Assembly: GCA_051155775.1 (NCBI GenBank)
Contig: DAXETV010000046.1
Coordinates: 12,750-76,749 of the forward strand
Length of the DNA stretch: 64,000 bases
Direction: 5' to 3'
Source: Cyclobacteriaceae bacterium
GTDB lineage: Bacteria > Bacteroidota > Bacteroidia > Cytophagales > Cyclobacteriaceae
The position numbers were made by a program, and so were the translations under genes. The number at the start of each line of letters is the position of its first letter. Position 1 is the first letter of the stretch. A model generated the notes under the pieces. The model was given only the letters and a program-made list of their open reading frames with translations. It was not told the origin of the DNA and did not search any database. This document shows, one piece after another, positions 9,122-18,115 of the stretch.

Positions 9122-9827
9122 AAGCCCAATATTTTTTGGCATATCCTGATACATCCATTCCAAGAATAAATTGGATCCAGATGGTAAAGTCTTTGAAGAA
9201 TGTTTTCATCACACCATTTTTTGTAAACCTTCTCGAGGATGTAATTACTGGTGATTTTATCAGTTTTAGTTTACCTGTTTTAATAAGTTCTGCGCACAAA
9301 TAGGCACTCTCCATTAGTTGTTTTTCAGGAAAACCTCCAATTTGTTCTAAAACAACTTTTCTACAAAAAATAGCCTGGTCGCTGTAATACCTTTTCCTGA
9401 TTCTGTAACGGGCCCTGTTTACCAGTTGCACGAAAAGTAACGAAAGGTTTTTTTTATCAAAAGCAAACTCGAAAGCTCCTCCTACCACCTCCTGTTTTTG
9501 CATTAAATCTAAAATCAGCTGATCGTATCTTTTTGGCAGAATAGTATCAGCATCCAGAAATAGTAAGATATCCCCGTTAGCTCTATGAAACCCGAAGTTC
9601 AAGGCCTGGTATTTATAACCTGAGAATTCCGGTTTTTCGAAAACTTTTAGTTTCAGTTCTTTGGCAATTTCTAACGTTTTGTCTTCGCTTCCGGTGTCGA
9701 TCACGATTATTTCAATTGACCCGTTATTTTGCGCTCGATCAAATACAGCATTAACCGTCTGCCTCAAATATTTCTCCTCATTTAATACGGGAATTACTAT
9801 CGATATAAGAATATTCCTTTTTTTCAA
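9096..9827 (-). CDS. glycosyltransferase family 2
   Basis: ISIVIPVLNEE N-terminus and DxD-type FLDADTILP motif. Confidence 0.75.
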   Translation of the reverse strand: MKKRNILISIVIPVLNEEKYLRQTVNAVFDRAQNNGSIEIIVIDTGSEDKTLEIAKELKLKVFEKPEFSGYKYQALNFGFHRANGDILLFLDADTILPKRYDQLILDLMQKQEVVGGAFEFAFDKKNLSLLFVQLVNRARYRIRKRYYSDQAIFCRKVVLEQIGGFPEKQLMESAYLCAELIKTGKLKLIKSPVITSSRRFTKNGVMKTFFKDFTIWIQFILGMDVSGYAKKYWAFNRSEERL

Positions 9828-9868
9828 GATATTATCGTACTATAAATCAACCCTATATATTTGTCACC

Positions 9869-10558
9869 ATGGGATTGATCACTTTTAAAAACATAGATAA
9901 ATTCATTGATTCCAAATATCAAAGAATTTTTATTCTTAAAGACCTCAACTTTGCGGTTAGTGATGGTGAATTTTTAAGCATCATGGGGCCAAGCGGCTCC
10001 GGAAAGTCAACCATTCTTAATTTGATTGGGATGTTGGATAAACCGTCAGCCGGTCAGTATTTTTTTATGGACGAGCCGGTCCATAAATTTAATGAACGTA
10101 AAACATCCAAAATTCATAAAGAGCATATTGGTTTTGTCTTTCAGGCTTACCATCTCATTGATGAGCTTACGGTTTATGAAAACATTGAGACTCCATTGAT
10201 ATATCGAGGAGTTAAGGGCAAAGAAAGGAAAAGTATGGTCGCTGACATGCTGGATAGGTTTAATATTGTTGCCAAAAAGGATCTCTTTCCCGAGCAATTA
10301 TCCGGTGGTCAGCAGCAATTGGTTGGGATAGCAAGGGCTATTGTTGGTTCACCCAGGCTTTTACTTGCAGATGAGCCCACCGGAAACCTCCACTCTGAGC
10401 AAGGCGCCCACATTATGGATCTATTTACCAGGTTAAACAATGATGGCATGACCATAATTCAGGTAACACATTCTGAAAAGAATGCAGCATATGGGTCACG
10501 CATCATACGACTGGAAGATGGCATGATAAAAAGTGATAAAAATGAAAAGGTGACCTAA
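9869..10558 (+). CDS. ABC transporter ATP-binding protein (LolD/MacB-type)
   Basis: GPSGSGKST, LSGGQQQLVGIARA, LLADEPTGNLH. Confidence 0.85.
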   Translation: MGLITFKNIDKFIDSKYQRIFILKDLNFAVSDGEFLSIMGPSGSGKSTILNLIGMLDKPSAGQYFFMDEPVHKFNERKTSKIHKEHIGFVFQAYHLIDELTVYENIETPLIYRGVKGKERKSMVADMLDRFNIVAKKDLFPEQLSGGQQQLVGIARAIVGSPRLLLADEPTGNLHSEQGAHIMDLFTRLNNDGMTIIQVTHSEKNAAYGSRIIRLEDGMIKSDKNEKVT

Positions 10559-11340
10559 ATTTCTTTAAAAGACGCCAATATACCTTTTATCAGGGCGGAG
10601 CTGAACCCGCTATGTTCCATTTCATTTAGCCCTGCAATGGTACAACCCTTTGGTGTTGTTACCTTGTCGATCTCACGCTCCGGATGGTAGTTATGTTCTA
10701 AAATAAGTGAGGCAGCGCCTTTTGCAGTTTGAGCTGCAATTTTTTGAGCAGTTTCTGAATCAAATCCAATTTCAATGCCCCCCTGGGAGGCTGCCCTTAT
10801 AAATCTCAGGGCGAAGGCAATGCCGCAAGCAGCCAGTGCTGTAGAGGCATTTATTAAGTTTTCTTCCAAAAATATGACCTCTCCTGCAGGCTTGAAAATA
10901 TCCTCAACAAGTTTTTGAGCTGCTTCGTCAGCTCCGTCGGAAGCTATACAGGTCATGGATTGCCTTATCGCAATGGCAGTATTTGGCATAGCCCTAAATA
11001 AAACGCTGCTGTTGGGGATGATCGCTCGCATCTCCTTCAGTGAAATGCCTGTGACTGTAGAGACAATAATTTTATTGTCTCGGATATTATGCTTTATTTC
11101 CCTAAGTATTTCCAGGATTTGATAAGGTTTGATCGCCAGTATGATTATATCGGCATTTTCTGTGGCCAGTAGATTATCAGATGTGATCTGTGCCCCTTTA
11201 TCAGCCAGGTATTGGATTTTATCCAATTTCCTCCTGGTAATGAACAATTGATTTGCCGGTATTAACTTACTGTCTAATATTCCTTCAGCTATAGAGGACC
11301 CTAAATTTCCTCCACCAACTATTGAGATTGATTTATTCAT
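10555..11340 (-). CDS. proC: pyrroline-5-carboxylate reductase
   Basis: ISIVGGGNLGSSIAEG dinucleotide fold and C-terminal VTTPKGCTIAGL motif. ATG at 11340 (MNKSIS) is preferred over the TTG at 11367. Confidence 0.85.
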   Translation of the reverse strand: MNKSISIVGGGNLGSSIAEGILDSKLIPANQLFITRRKLDKIQYLADKGAQITSDNLLATENADIIILAIKPYQILEILREIKHNIRDNKIIVSTVTGISLKEMRAIIPNSSVLFRAMPNTAIAIRQSMTCIASDGADEAAQKLVEDIFKPAGEVIFLEENLINASTALAACGIAFALRFIRAASQGGIEIGFDSETAQKIAAQTAKGAASLILEHNYHPEREIDKVTTPKGCTIAGLNEMEHSGFSSALIKGILASFKEI

Positions 11341-11638
11341 GCTATGAAATTTTCGTATAAGCTTCAAAAGTAGGTATTTGTAATAATCTTGGTTGTGATT
11401 TTGTTACCTTATCATTATTCCCTAATAAAATAATATTGCTCCAATATTGGTTTTAAAAGTATTTATTCAATTTATCACCTACTAAAATTACTGGATTGTT
11501 ATCCATCAGAATGATCTGATTTTTATGGAAGTTTATGTTTGATTAAGTTCACCGATTAAACCAATTTATTGTGATTTGAAAAGTTCATCTATAACTTTCA
11601 ATTTCAATACCCGTTAACCAATTTTAATATTGCTCATC

Positions 11639-14155
11639 ATGTTTAAAATGATCATTTATTTTATAGTATTTACTTTTTACCTTTCTTTTTTTGGGAATAT
11701 TTCAAAAGCCCAAAAGCCTTATGAATATCATACAGGTGATATCATTCAAATGCTTCGAAAGTTAAATGTATTAGGGTCGGTCTTATATGTGGCAGCCCAT
11801 CCCGATGATGAAAACACAAGACTGATTGCTTATATGGCCAACGGCGCAATGCTTAACACCGCTTATTTATCTGCAACCCGTGGTGATGGTGGTCAAAATC
11901 TGATTGGTCCTGAGATTCGTGAGCAATTGGGTATTATCAGGACGCAGGAACTATTAGCGGCACGCAGGGTAGATGGAGGTAGCCAATTTTTCAGCAGGGC
12001 TAATGATTTTGGTTATTCTAAAACACCGGATGAAACCTTTAATATATGGGACAAAGAAAAAGTGTTGGCAGACTTTGTTTGGGCAATACGCAATTTCAGG
12101 CCGGATATTATCATTACCAGATTTAATCTGGAACCAGGTTATACCCACGGACATCATACAGCATCAGCTATATTGGCTAAAGAAGCATTTGAGCTGGCCG
12201 GCGATCCTTCCTATCGACCTAATCAATTGAAACATGTTGAACCATGGAATCCGAAGAAAATATTCTGGAATACAAGTCATTGGTTCTATCGTCGCAGGGA
12301 CATTGAATTTGACACAACAGGTCTCAACAGGTTAAATGTTGGTTCTTTTAATCATTATCTTGGTAAGTCCTACACTGAAATAGCCGCTGAAAGCAGAAGC
12401 ATGCACAAAAGCCAGGGGTTTGGTGCAACCGGTAGCCGGGGTGACGAGGTTGAGTATTTTGTTCAATGGGAAGGAAAAGATACCCGGGATGTGATAGGAG
12501 GAATTGATTTTACCTGGGGTCGCATTGATGGTGGTGATAAAGTTGGATTCCACATTGATAATGCCATCATGAATTTTGATCCTGATAGACCTTATGTTAT
12601 TGTTGCTGATTTGATCAAGGCCAGAAAAGAATTACTGAAATTAAAGGATCAATACTGGAAAGATATCAAACTGAGTGAGATCAATAAATTAATAGCAGCG
12701 GTTACGGGTCTTTACCTCGAAGTAAAATCAGATGACTATACCTATACTGCCGGGGATTCCCTAAAAATAAGCATTGAAGCCATCAACAGATCACCTATTG
12801 ATATTGGGTTAGAGACGTTTACTGTAGATCAGCTTTATGAACGGGAAGAGCTAAACCAATCCCTTGAGAATAACACCGCTTTTAATTCGGATAAGGCTTA
12901 TGTACTGCCGGGGGATATCGATATATCCCAACCTTACTGGTTGAATGAGCAGGCAACATTGGGAATGTATTATGTGGATGACTTACTGCAAATAGGTAAA
13001 CCTGAGAATGCCCCCCCCCTTTCGGTGACTTTCACCATTTCCGTTGATGGAGAATTAATTGATTACACTAAACCGATAATTTTCAAACGAAATGATCCGG
13101 TGAAAGGGGAGGTATATCGGCCTCTCGCAATTACTCCGCCAGTAATGGTTGATATAATGGAAGATGTAGTCGTATTTGATGGGAAATCGGAAAAGACTAT
13201 AAATGTGCGGGTGGTGGCAGGAAAAGATAATGTAAATGGAAGTGTATTTTTGGAATTACCCGGTGGATGGCAATCTGAGCCCGCTAGTTTTGATTATTCC
13301 ATCGACTCCAAAGGAGCTGAACAGCGGTTTAAATTTGATCTAATAGCACCCAAGTCTCAGCAAGTGGGTGAAATTAAAGCAAAAATCAGGTTCCAGGGCA
13401 ATGCAAATGATCAAGGATTGGTAAATATCGAATATGATCATATACAGGATCAGGCACTCTTTCCGGAGGCCATTGCTAAGGTTGTAAAAATAGATTTGGA
13501 GAAAAGAGGCGAACATATAGGGTATATCATGGGTGCCGGCGATAAAATACCTGAAAGTTTGCGTCAAATAGGTTATGAAGTTGATTTGCTTACAGAAGTA
13601 TCAATAAACGGAAAGGCTTTAAATAATTATGATGCCATCATTTTGGGGATCAGGGCTTTAAATACTGAAGGTTGGCTGGAATTTAAGAAGGAGCAATTAA
13701 TGGATTATGTTGAACAAGGAGGAAATCTTATTGTACAATACAGTACAAGCTATCGGTTAAAGGTTGAGAATTTCAGTCCATATGAATTTAAAATATCCAG
13801 GGATCGTGTCACAGTAGAGGAAGCTGAGGTGAGGTTCCTGGCACCTGACCATCACGTTTTAAATACACCAAATAAGATTACTGATAAAGATTTTGAGGGA
13901 TGGGTCCAGGAACGCGGGCTTTACTTTTCTGATGAGTGGTCAGAAGCGTTTAAGCCGGTTTTATCCAGTAATGACCCCGGGGAAGATCCTAAGAATGGCG
14001 GATTGTTGGTTGCCAAACACGGAGCAGGATATTTCATTTATACGGGATATTCCTGGTTTCGACAACTTCCTGCAGGAGTGCCCGGCGCATATAGAATTTT
14101 TACAAATCTCATCTCAGTTGGCATGGATGAAGAAACAACTTCAAAATCACAATAA
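11639..14155 (+). CDS. large PIG-L/LmbE-family deacetylase with extended C-terminal domains
   Basis: AAHPDDEN and HGHHTAS metal-site motifs at the N-terminus, preceded by a signal sequence. About 600 further residues end in an amidotransferase-like alpha/beta module (YDAIILGIRAL...GGNLIVQY). ATG at 11639 is preferred to the TTG at 11630. Confidence 0.75.
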   Translation: MFKMIIYFIVFTFYLSFFGNISKAQKPYEYHTGDIIQMLRKLNVLGSVLYVAAHPDDENTRLIAYMANGAMLNTAYLSATRGDGGQNLIGPEIREQLGIIRTQELLAARRVDGGSQFFSRANDFGYSKTPDETFNIWDKEKVLADFVWAIRNFRPDIIITRFNLEPGYTHGHHTASAILAKEAFELAGDPSYRPNQLKHVEPWNPKKIFWNTSHWFYRRRDIEFDTTGLNRLNVGSFNHYLGKSYTEIAAESRSMHKSQGFGATGSRGDEVEYFVQWEGKDTRDVIGGIDFTWGRIDGGDKVGFHIDNAIMNFDPDRPYVIVADLIKARKELLKLKDQYWKDIKLSEINKLIAAVTGLYLEVKSDDYTYTAGDSLKISIEAINRSPIDIGLETFTVDQLYEREELNQSLENNTAFNSDKAYVLPGDIDISQPYWLNEQATLGMYYVDDLLQIGKPENAPPLSVTFTISVDGELIDYTKPIIFKRNDPVKGEVYRPLAITPPVMVDIMEDVVVFDGKSEKTINVRVVAGKDNVNGSVFLELPGGWQSEPASFDYSIDSKGAEQRFKFDLIAPKSQQVGEIKAKIRFQGNANDQGLVNIEYDHIQDQALFPEAIAKVVKIDLEKRGEHIGYIMGAGDKIPESLRQIGYEVDLLTEVSINGKALNNYDAIILGIRALNTEGWLEFKKEQLMDYVEQGGNLIVQYSTSYRLKVENFSPYEFKISRDRVTVEEAEVRFLAPDHHVLNTPNKITDKDFEGWVQERGLYFSDEWSEAFKPVLSSNDPGEDPKNGGLLVAKHGAGYFIYTGYSWFRQLPAGVPGAYRIFTNLISVGMDEETTSKSQ

Positions 14156-14284
14156 ATGACTTCAGAACCAGACGACCAGAAACCACCACATTTTAAGTCC
14201 TGGAAGCAGGTTTACATTTATGTTTTAATTAGTCTTGGGGTTGTTGTTTTTCTTCTTTATTTATTTAGCATTTCTTTTACATGA
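14156..14284 (+). CDS. 42-aa single-TM protein translationally coupled to the symporter (not in ORF track)
   Basis: Hand translation: MTSEPDDQKPPHFKSWKQVYIYVLISLGVVVFLLYLFSISFT. It starts 1 nt after the PIG-L stop, and its TGA overlaps the symporter ATG (ATGA). Confidence 0.4.
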   Translation: MTSEPDDQKPPHFKSWKQVYIYVLISLGVVVFLLYLFSISFT

Positions 14285-15984
14285 GCACAATTGATCTAAT
14301 CATCCTCTTCGGTACATTAGCTTTTATTGTATCTTACGGGGTATGGAAGACGCGGGGTAGTCAGAATATTCAGGGTTATTTTTTAGCCAATAAAAGTATG
14401 GGATGGGGCACCATCGGATTGTCTGTTATGGCTACCCAGGCCAGCGCGATTACTTTTATTTCCACACCCGGCCAGGCTTATGAAAGCGGAATGTCTTTTA
14501 TACAAAACTACCTGGGCATGCCTATTGCCCTGATCATAGTATCTGCTTTTTTTATTCCCATTTATTACAGGCTGAATGTTTATACTGCCTATGAATTTCT
14601 GGAATCCAGGTTTGATATAAAGACCAGGTTTTTAGGCGCATTTTTATTTCTTGTTCAGCGAGGGCTGGCAGCCGGTATTACCATATATGCCCCGGCCATT
14701 ATTGTGTCAACCATTCTTGGATGGAACCTTACATTGACCATCTTATTAGTAGGGGTTCTGGTGATAATCTACACAGTTTCCGGTGGAACAAAGGCAGTAA
14801 GTATCACTCAGAAGCAGCAAATGATGGTGATCATGGGTGGTATGGTAGTGGCGTTTATTATAGTTGTAAATTATATTTCAGAATATGCGTCATTTACTGA
14901 GTCTTTAAGCATTGCCGGACATTTAGGGAAGTTGAATACAGTAGACTTTGATTTTAGTTTTGAAAAGCGTTATACCATCTGGTCTGGAATTGCAGGAGGT
15001 CTGATTTTACAACTGTCGTACTTTGGTACTGATCAATCACAAGTACAGCGATATATCGGAGGTAAAAATACTATCCAAAGTAAGATGGGCATGATGTTCA
15101 ATGCTATGCTAAAGATCCCCATGCAATTTTTTATATTGCTTGTCGGAGTATTCGTCTACATATTCTATATTTTTTATCAACCCCCTGTCCATTTTAAAGA
15201 AAAATCATTGGAAATAGTGGCTTCATCGGATCAATCCACAAAGCTTAAAGACTATAGGGATGAGTACACTAACCTGACGCAACAACGCAAAGAAATTGCG
15301 CAATCATTTGTTTCATCTATCAGAAAAAAAGATGCTCAGGGCATAGAAAGTTATTCAAAAGCACTAAATGAAGTGGATCAGAAAGGCATCAAGACCAGGG
15401 CTAAGGTTAAAGATTTAATTACCGATGTTGACCCGACTATTGAAACTAAAGATGCAGATTTTGTTTTTCTAACGTTCATCCTTGACTATTTACCTGTAGG
15501 ATTGATAGGATTACTTATAGCCGTGATATTTTCGGCAGCAATGTCTTCCATTTCCTCTGAAGTAAATGCGCTTGCCTCCACTACTGTTGTGGATTTTTAT
15601 CAACGCTTCTTTAATAATCATGCATCCGATCAACATTATGTAACCATTTCACGAGTTCTTACTGGTCTGTGGGGGGTGGTAGCCATATCATTTGCTTTAT
15701 TAGCCAAGAATTCAGAGAATCTTATTGAAGCTGTAAATATTATTGGCTCGCTGTTTTACGGTACCATACTGGGTATTTTTTTAACAGCTTTTTTCTTTAA
15801 ATCCATTAAAGGTAATGCCGTATTTTGGGGTGCATTGATCGCTGAGTTAGTGGTAATTATTTGTCACTTCTTAACGACGATAGGAGTGATAGAATTGGGA
15901 TACTTATGGTACAATGCCATTGGATGTTTTTTGACGATTCTACTAGGGGGGATATTTCAGGGTATTATAAAAATAAAGAGCTAA
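14281..15984 (+). CDS. sodium:solute symporter (SSS) family transporter
   Basis: 567 aa and polytopic. SGGTKAVSITQ-type conserved segment and a central hydrophilic insertion. Confidence 0.85.
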   Translation: MSTIDLIILFGTLAFIVSYGVWKTRGSQNIQGYFLANKSMGWGTIGLSVMATQASAITFISTPGQAYESGMSFIQNYLGMPIALIIVSAFFIPIYYRLNVYTAYEFLESRFDIKTRFLGAFLFLVQRGLAAGITIYAPAIIVSTILGWNLTLTILLVGVLVIIYTVSGGTKAVSITQKQQMMVIMGGMVVAFIIVVNYISEYASFTESLSIAGHLGKLNTVDFDFSFEKRYTIWSGIAGGLILQLSYFGTDQSQVQRYIGGKNTIQSKMGMMFNAMLKIPMQFFILLVGVFVYIFYIFYQPPVHFKEKSLEIVASSDQSTKLKDYRDEYTNLTQQRKEIAQSFVSSIRKKDAQGIESYSKALNEVDQKGIKTRAKVKDLITDVDPTIETKDADFVFLTFILDYLPVGLIGLLIAVIFSAAMSSISSEVNALASTTVVDFYQRFFNNHASDQHYVTISRVLTGLWGVVAISFALLAKNSENLIEAVNIIGSLFYGTILGIFLTAFFFKSIKGNAVFWGALIAELVVIICHFLTTIGVIELGYLWYNAIGCFLTILLGGIFQGIIKIKS

Positions 15985-16002
15985 CCGGATAGGATAGCTC
16001 TT
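15976..16002. terminator. hairpin between convergent genes (possible bidirectional terminator)
   Basis: AAGAGCTA / TAGCTCTT 8-bp stem with an 11-nt loop, overlapping the symporter stop codon. No clean T-run. Confidence 0.3.
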
Positions 16003-16025
16003 CAATTCTTAAAAAGAACTTCGAC

Positions 16026-16874
16026 TTATTTTGATTTCCACTCAGCTATTGAAGCTTCATTTAGTCTGATGTAATCATCATTATTGGCTTCCTTGGCTTT
16101 TTTCATACTCTGTTCAGCAGCAGCAATGGCCTTTTTGTAATCCTTTTTCTCGGCCAGTATGAGTGCCTGGGTTCTGATCATCCAGAACGCATTAGGGTTG
16201 ATCTTAATAGCTTTGCTCACCCAGTCAAGTGCCTGGTCCAGGTCTTTGTCCTCATTGAAGTAATATGACCCTGCCTGATAATAAGTGTTAGCAAGGCTCA
16301 TCTCGGGGTTTTCTTTAAACCTGTTAATGCTTGCCATAACCGTTTCATCAGTATAAACTTCCAGGGGAAGGCTCAACATGGTGTTTGCCCATTTTATGTC
16401 GATGGTAGCTGAGCTATTTCTCAGGTTGTTTACGTCTATGGTAAAAGATTCAACCATGTCGTTTAGCGACTCTGAAGATACTGTCATCTGGGCTACAGGG
16501 TCTTTTTCTAAATAACTTGGCCAGCTTCCACTTTCATAATTGAATAGCATCACTTCCCATTCATTTTTACCGGGCTTGGTAAGCAGGGCATATGATCCTG
16601 CAGGAAGCTCTTTACCTCCCAGTTTTACTTTATCGCTAAAAGATAATTTTGTGGCAGCGTTTGCACCTGTTCGCCATACCTGGTCATAAGGTAGCAACCC
16701 GCCAAAGATTTCACGGCCTTTCACTCCGGGCCTTGAATATTCCACTTCAACTTGTGTCAAACCAACCGTCTGGGTTAGTTTTGATGCCGGACTAGGTGCA
16801 GGGGTTTGAATTTGTGCCTGAACCGTCACGCATACTAGTGCGATTAATGTTGTTAATATTATGGTTTTGCGCAT
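16026..16874 (-). CDS. DUF2911 domain protein with C-terminal TPR-like region
   Basis: Signal peptide, then YSRPGVKGREIFGGLLPYDQVWRTGAN (DUF2911 signature). C-terminal helical repeats. Confidence 0.65.
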   Translation of the reverse strand: MRKTIILTTLIALVCVTVQAQIQTPAPSPASKLTQTVGLTQVEVEYSRPGVKGREIFGGLLPYDQVWRTGANAATKLSFSDKVKLGGKELPAGSYALLTKPGKNEWEVMLFNYESGSWPSYLEKDPVAQMTVSSESLNDMVESFTIDVNNLRNSSATIDIKWANTMLSLPLEVYTDETVMASINRFKENPEMSLANTYYQAGSYYFNEDKDLDQALDWVSKAIKINPNAFWMIRTQALILAEKKDYKKAIAAAEQSMKKAKEANNDDYIRLNEASIAEWKSK

Positions 16875-16919
16875 GATAATAGGGTTTTTGTTTCTGCAAA
16901 ATTGCTCAAATTAAATTAA

Positions 16920-17537
16920 ATGAACCACTTCAATATATTAGATAAGTCATTTTACTTACGTCAGGATTGCGTGGCCGTGGCCAGAGCACTCATTGGGAAA
17001 AATCTGTTTTCAAATATTGAGGGGGTATTGACAGCGGGGAAAATTGTAGAAACAGAAGCTTATTGCGGGGAAAATGATAAAGCCTCTCATGCTTACGGTG
17101 GTAGAAGGACAACAAGGACAGAGATTATGTACCAGGAGGGTGGTGTTGCTTATGTCTATTTGATCTATGGAATATACCACCTTTTTAATGTTGTCACCAA
17201 TGCTCAAGATACGCCGCATGCAGTTTTGGTTAGAGCATTAGAACCTAATACAGGGATAGAAACCATGATGCGGCGACGCCGATTGAACGAAATTAAGAAA
17301 AATTTAACCGGTGGACCAGGATTGTTAACCCAGGCACTAGGTATTAAAAGATCCCATTCTGGAACTTCTTTATTAGGTGACCAATTGTGGATAGAAGACG
17401 TAGATGAAGTTGTAACTGATGACCAGATAGAATCAGACAGACGAGTGGGTGTGGATTATGCTGAGGAATATTCCGCTTATCCATGGCGTTTTTTTCTTAA
17501 AGCAAACAAATGGGTGAGTAAAAAGAAGTTGCCTTAG
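16920..17537 (+). CDS. DNA-3-methyladenine glycosylase (Mpg/AAG family)
   Basis: VETEAYCGENDKASHAY and IYGIYHLFNVV motifs. Confidence 0.85.
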   Translation: MNHFNILDKSFYLRQDCVAVARALIGKNLFSNIEGVLTAGKIVETEAYCGENDKASHAYGGRRTTRTEIMYQEGGVAYVYLIYGIYHLFNVVTNAQDTPHAVLVRALEPNTGIETMMRRRRLNEIKKNLTGGPGLLTQALGIKRSHSGTSLLGDQLWIEDVDEVVTDDQIESDRRVGVDYAEEYSAYPWRFFLKANKWVSKKKLP

Positions 17538-18115
17538 ATGATCAATAAAAATAGATAAACCAGACAGGCCGCACTAAATCCGATTAAGGTTCCGACTAAA
17601 ATATCCCTCAGAAAATGTTGACATAAATAAATTCTTGATATCCCTATCATTAGCGCCAAGAAGAAAGATATTAGAGAAACCCAGGTATCATCTAATTGTA
17701 AGGAAAGAAAAGTAGCGTTGGAAAATGCTGTAGCGGAATGCCCGGAAGGAAAGCTTTTAAGTCCATGAGTACGGACACCTTCTACCAAATCTAAAGGGAT
17801 CATCCCCCTTAAATATGTTTTTGGCCTTAACATTCTGCTGGTAAAAATCCGTTTGATTGACACAACAATGCTGATCTCTATAAATAAAATAATAAATATA
17901 GACCATAGAGGAAATAACCTGGTCTCCCACCACGTGAGCAACAAAACCAGATAAAGATAGTTTTCCCCGAGGTTGGTATATACTTTGAAAAAAGCATCAA
18001 GAAACTTATTCCTTTGTTTGTTGAGCCATATCACAAATATTCCTTTCCTATGTTTTATTAGGAAAAGACCGGTAATTACTACAAAAATTGAATATAACGA
18101 TAAAAAATACTCCAT
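17534..18115 (-). CDS. PAP2 family phosphatase (membrane)
   Basis: Acid-phosphatase motifs KSFPSGHS and SRIYLCQHFLRD. Its start abuts the stop of the upstream ABC exporter. Confidence 0.75.
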   Translation of the reverse strand: MEYFLSLYSIFVVITGLFLIKHRKGIFVIWLNKQRNKFLDAFFKVYTNLGENYLYLVLLLTWWETRLFPLWSIFIILFIEISIVVSIKRIFTSRMLRPKTYLRGMIPLDLVEGVRTHGLKSFPSGHSATAFSNATFLSLQLDDTWVSLISFFLALMIGISRIYLCQHFLRDILVGTLIGFSAACLVYLFLLII

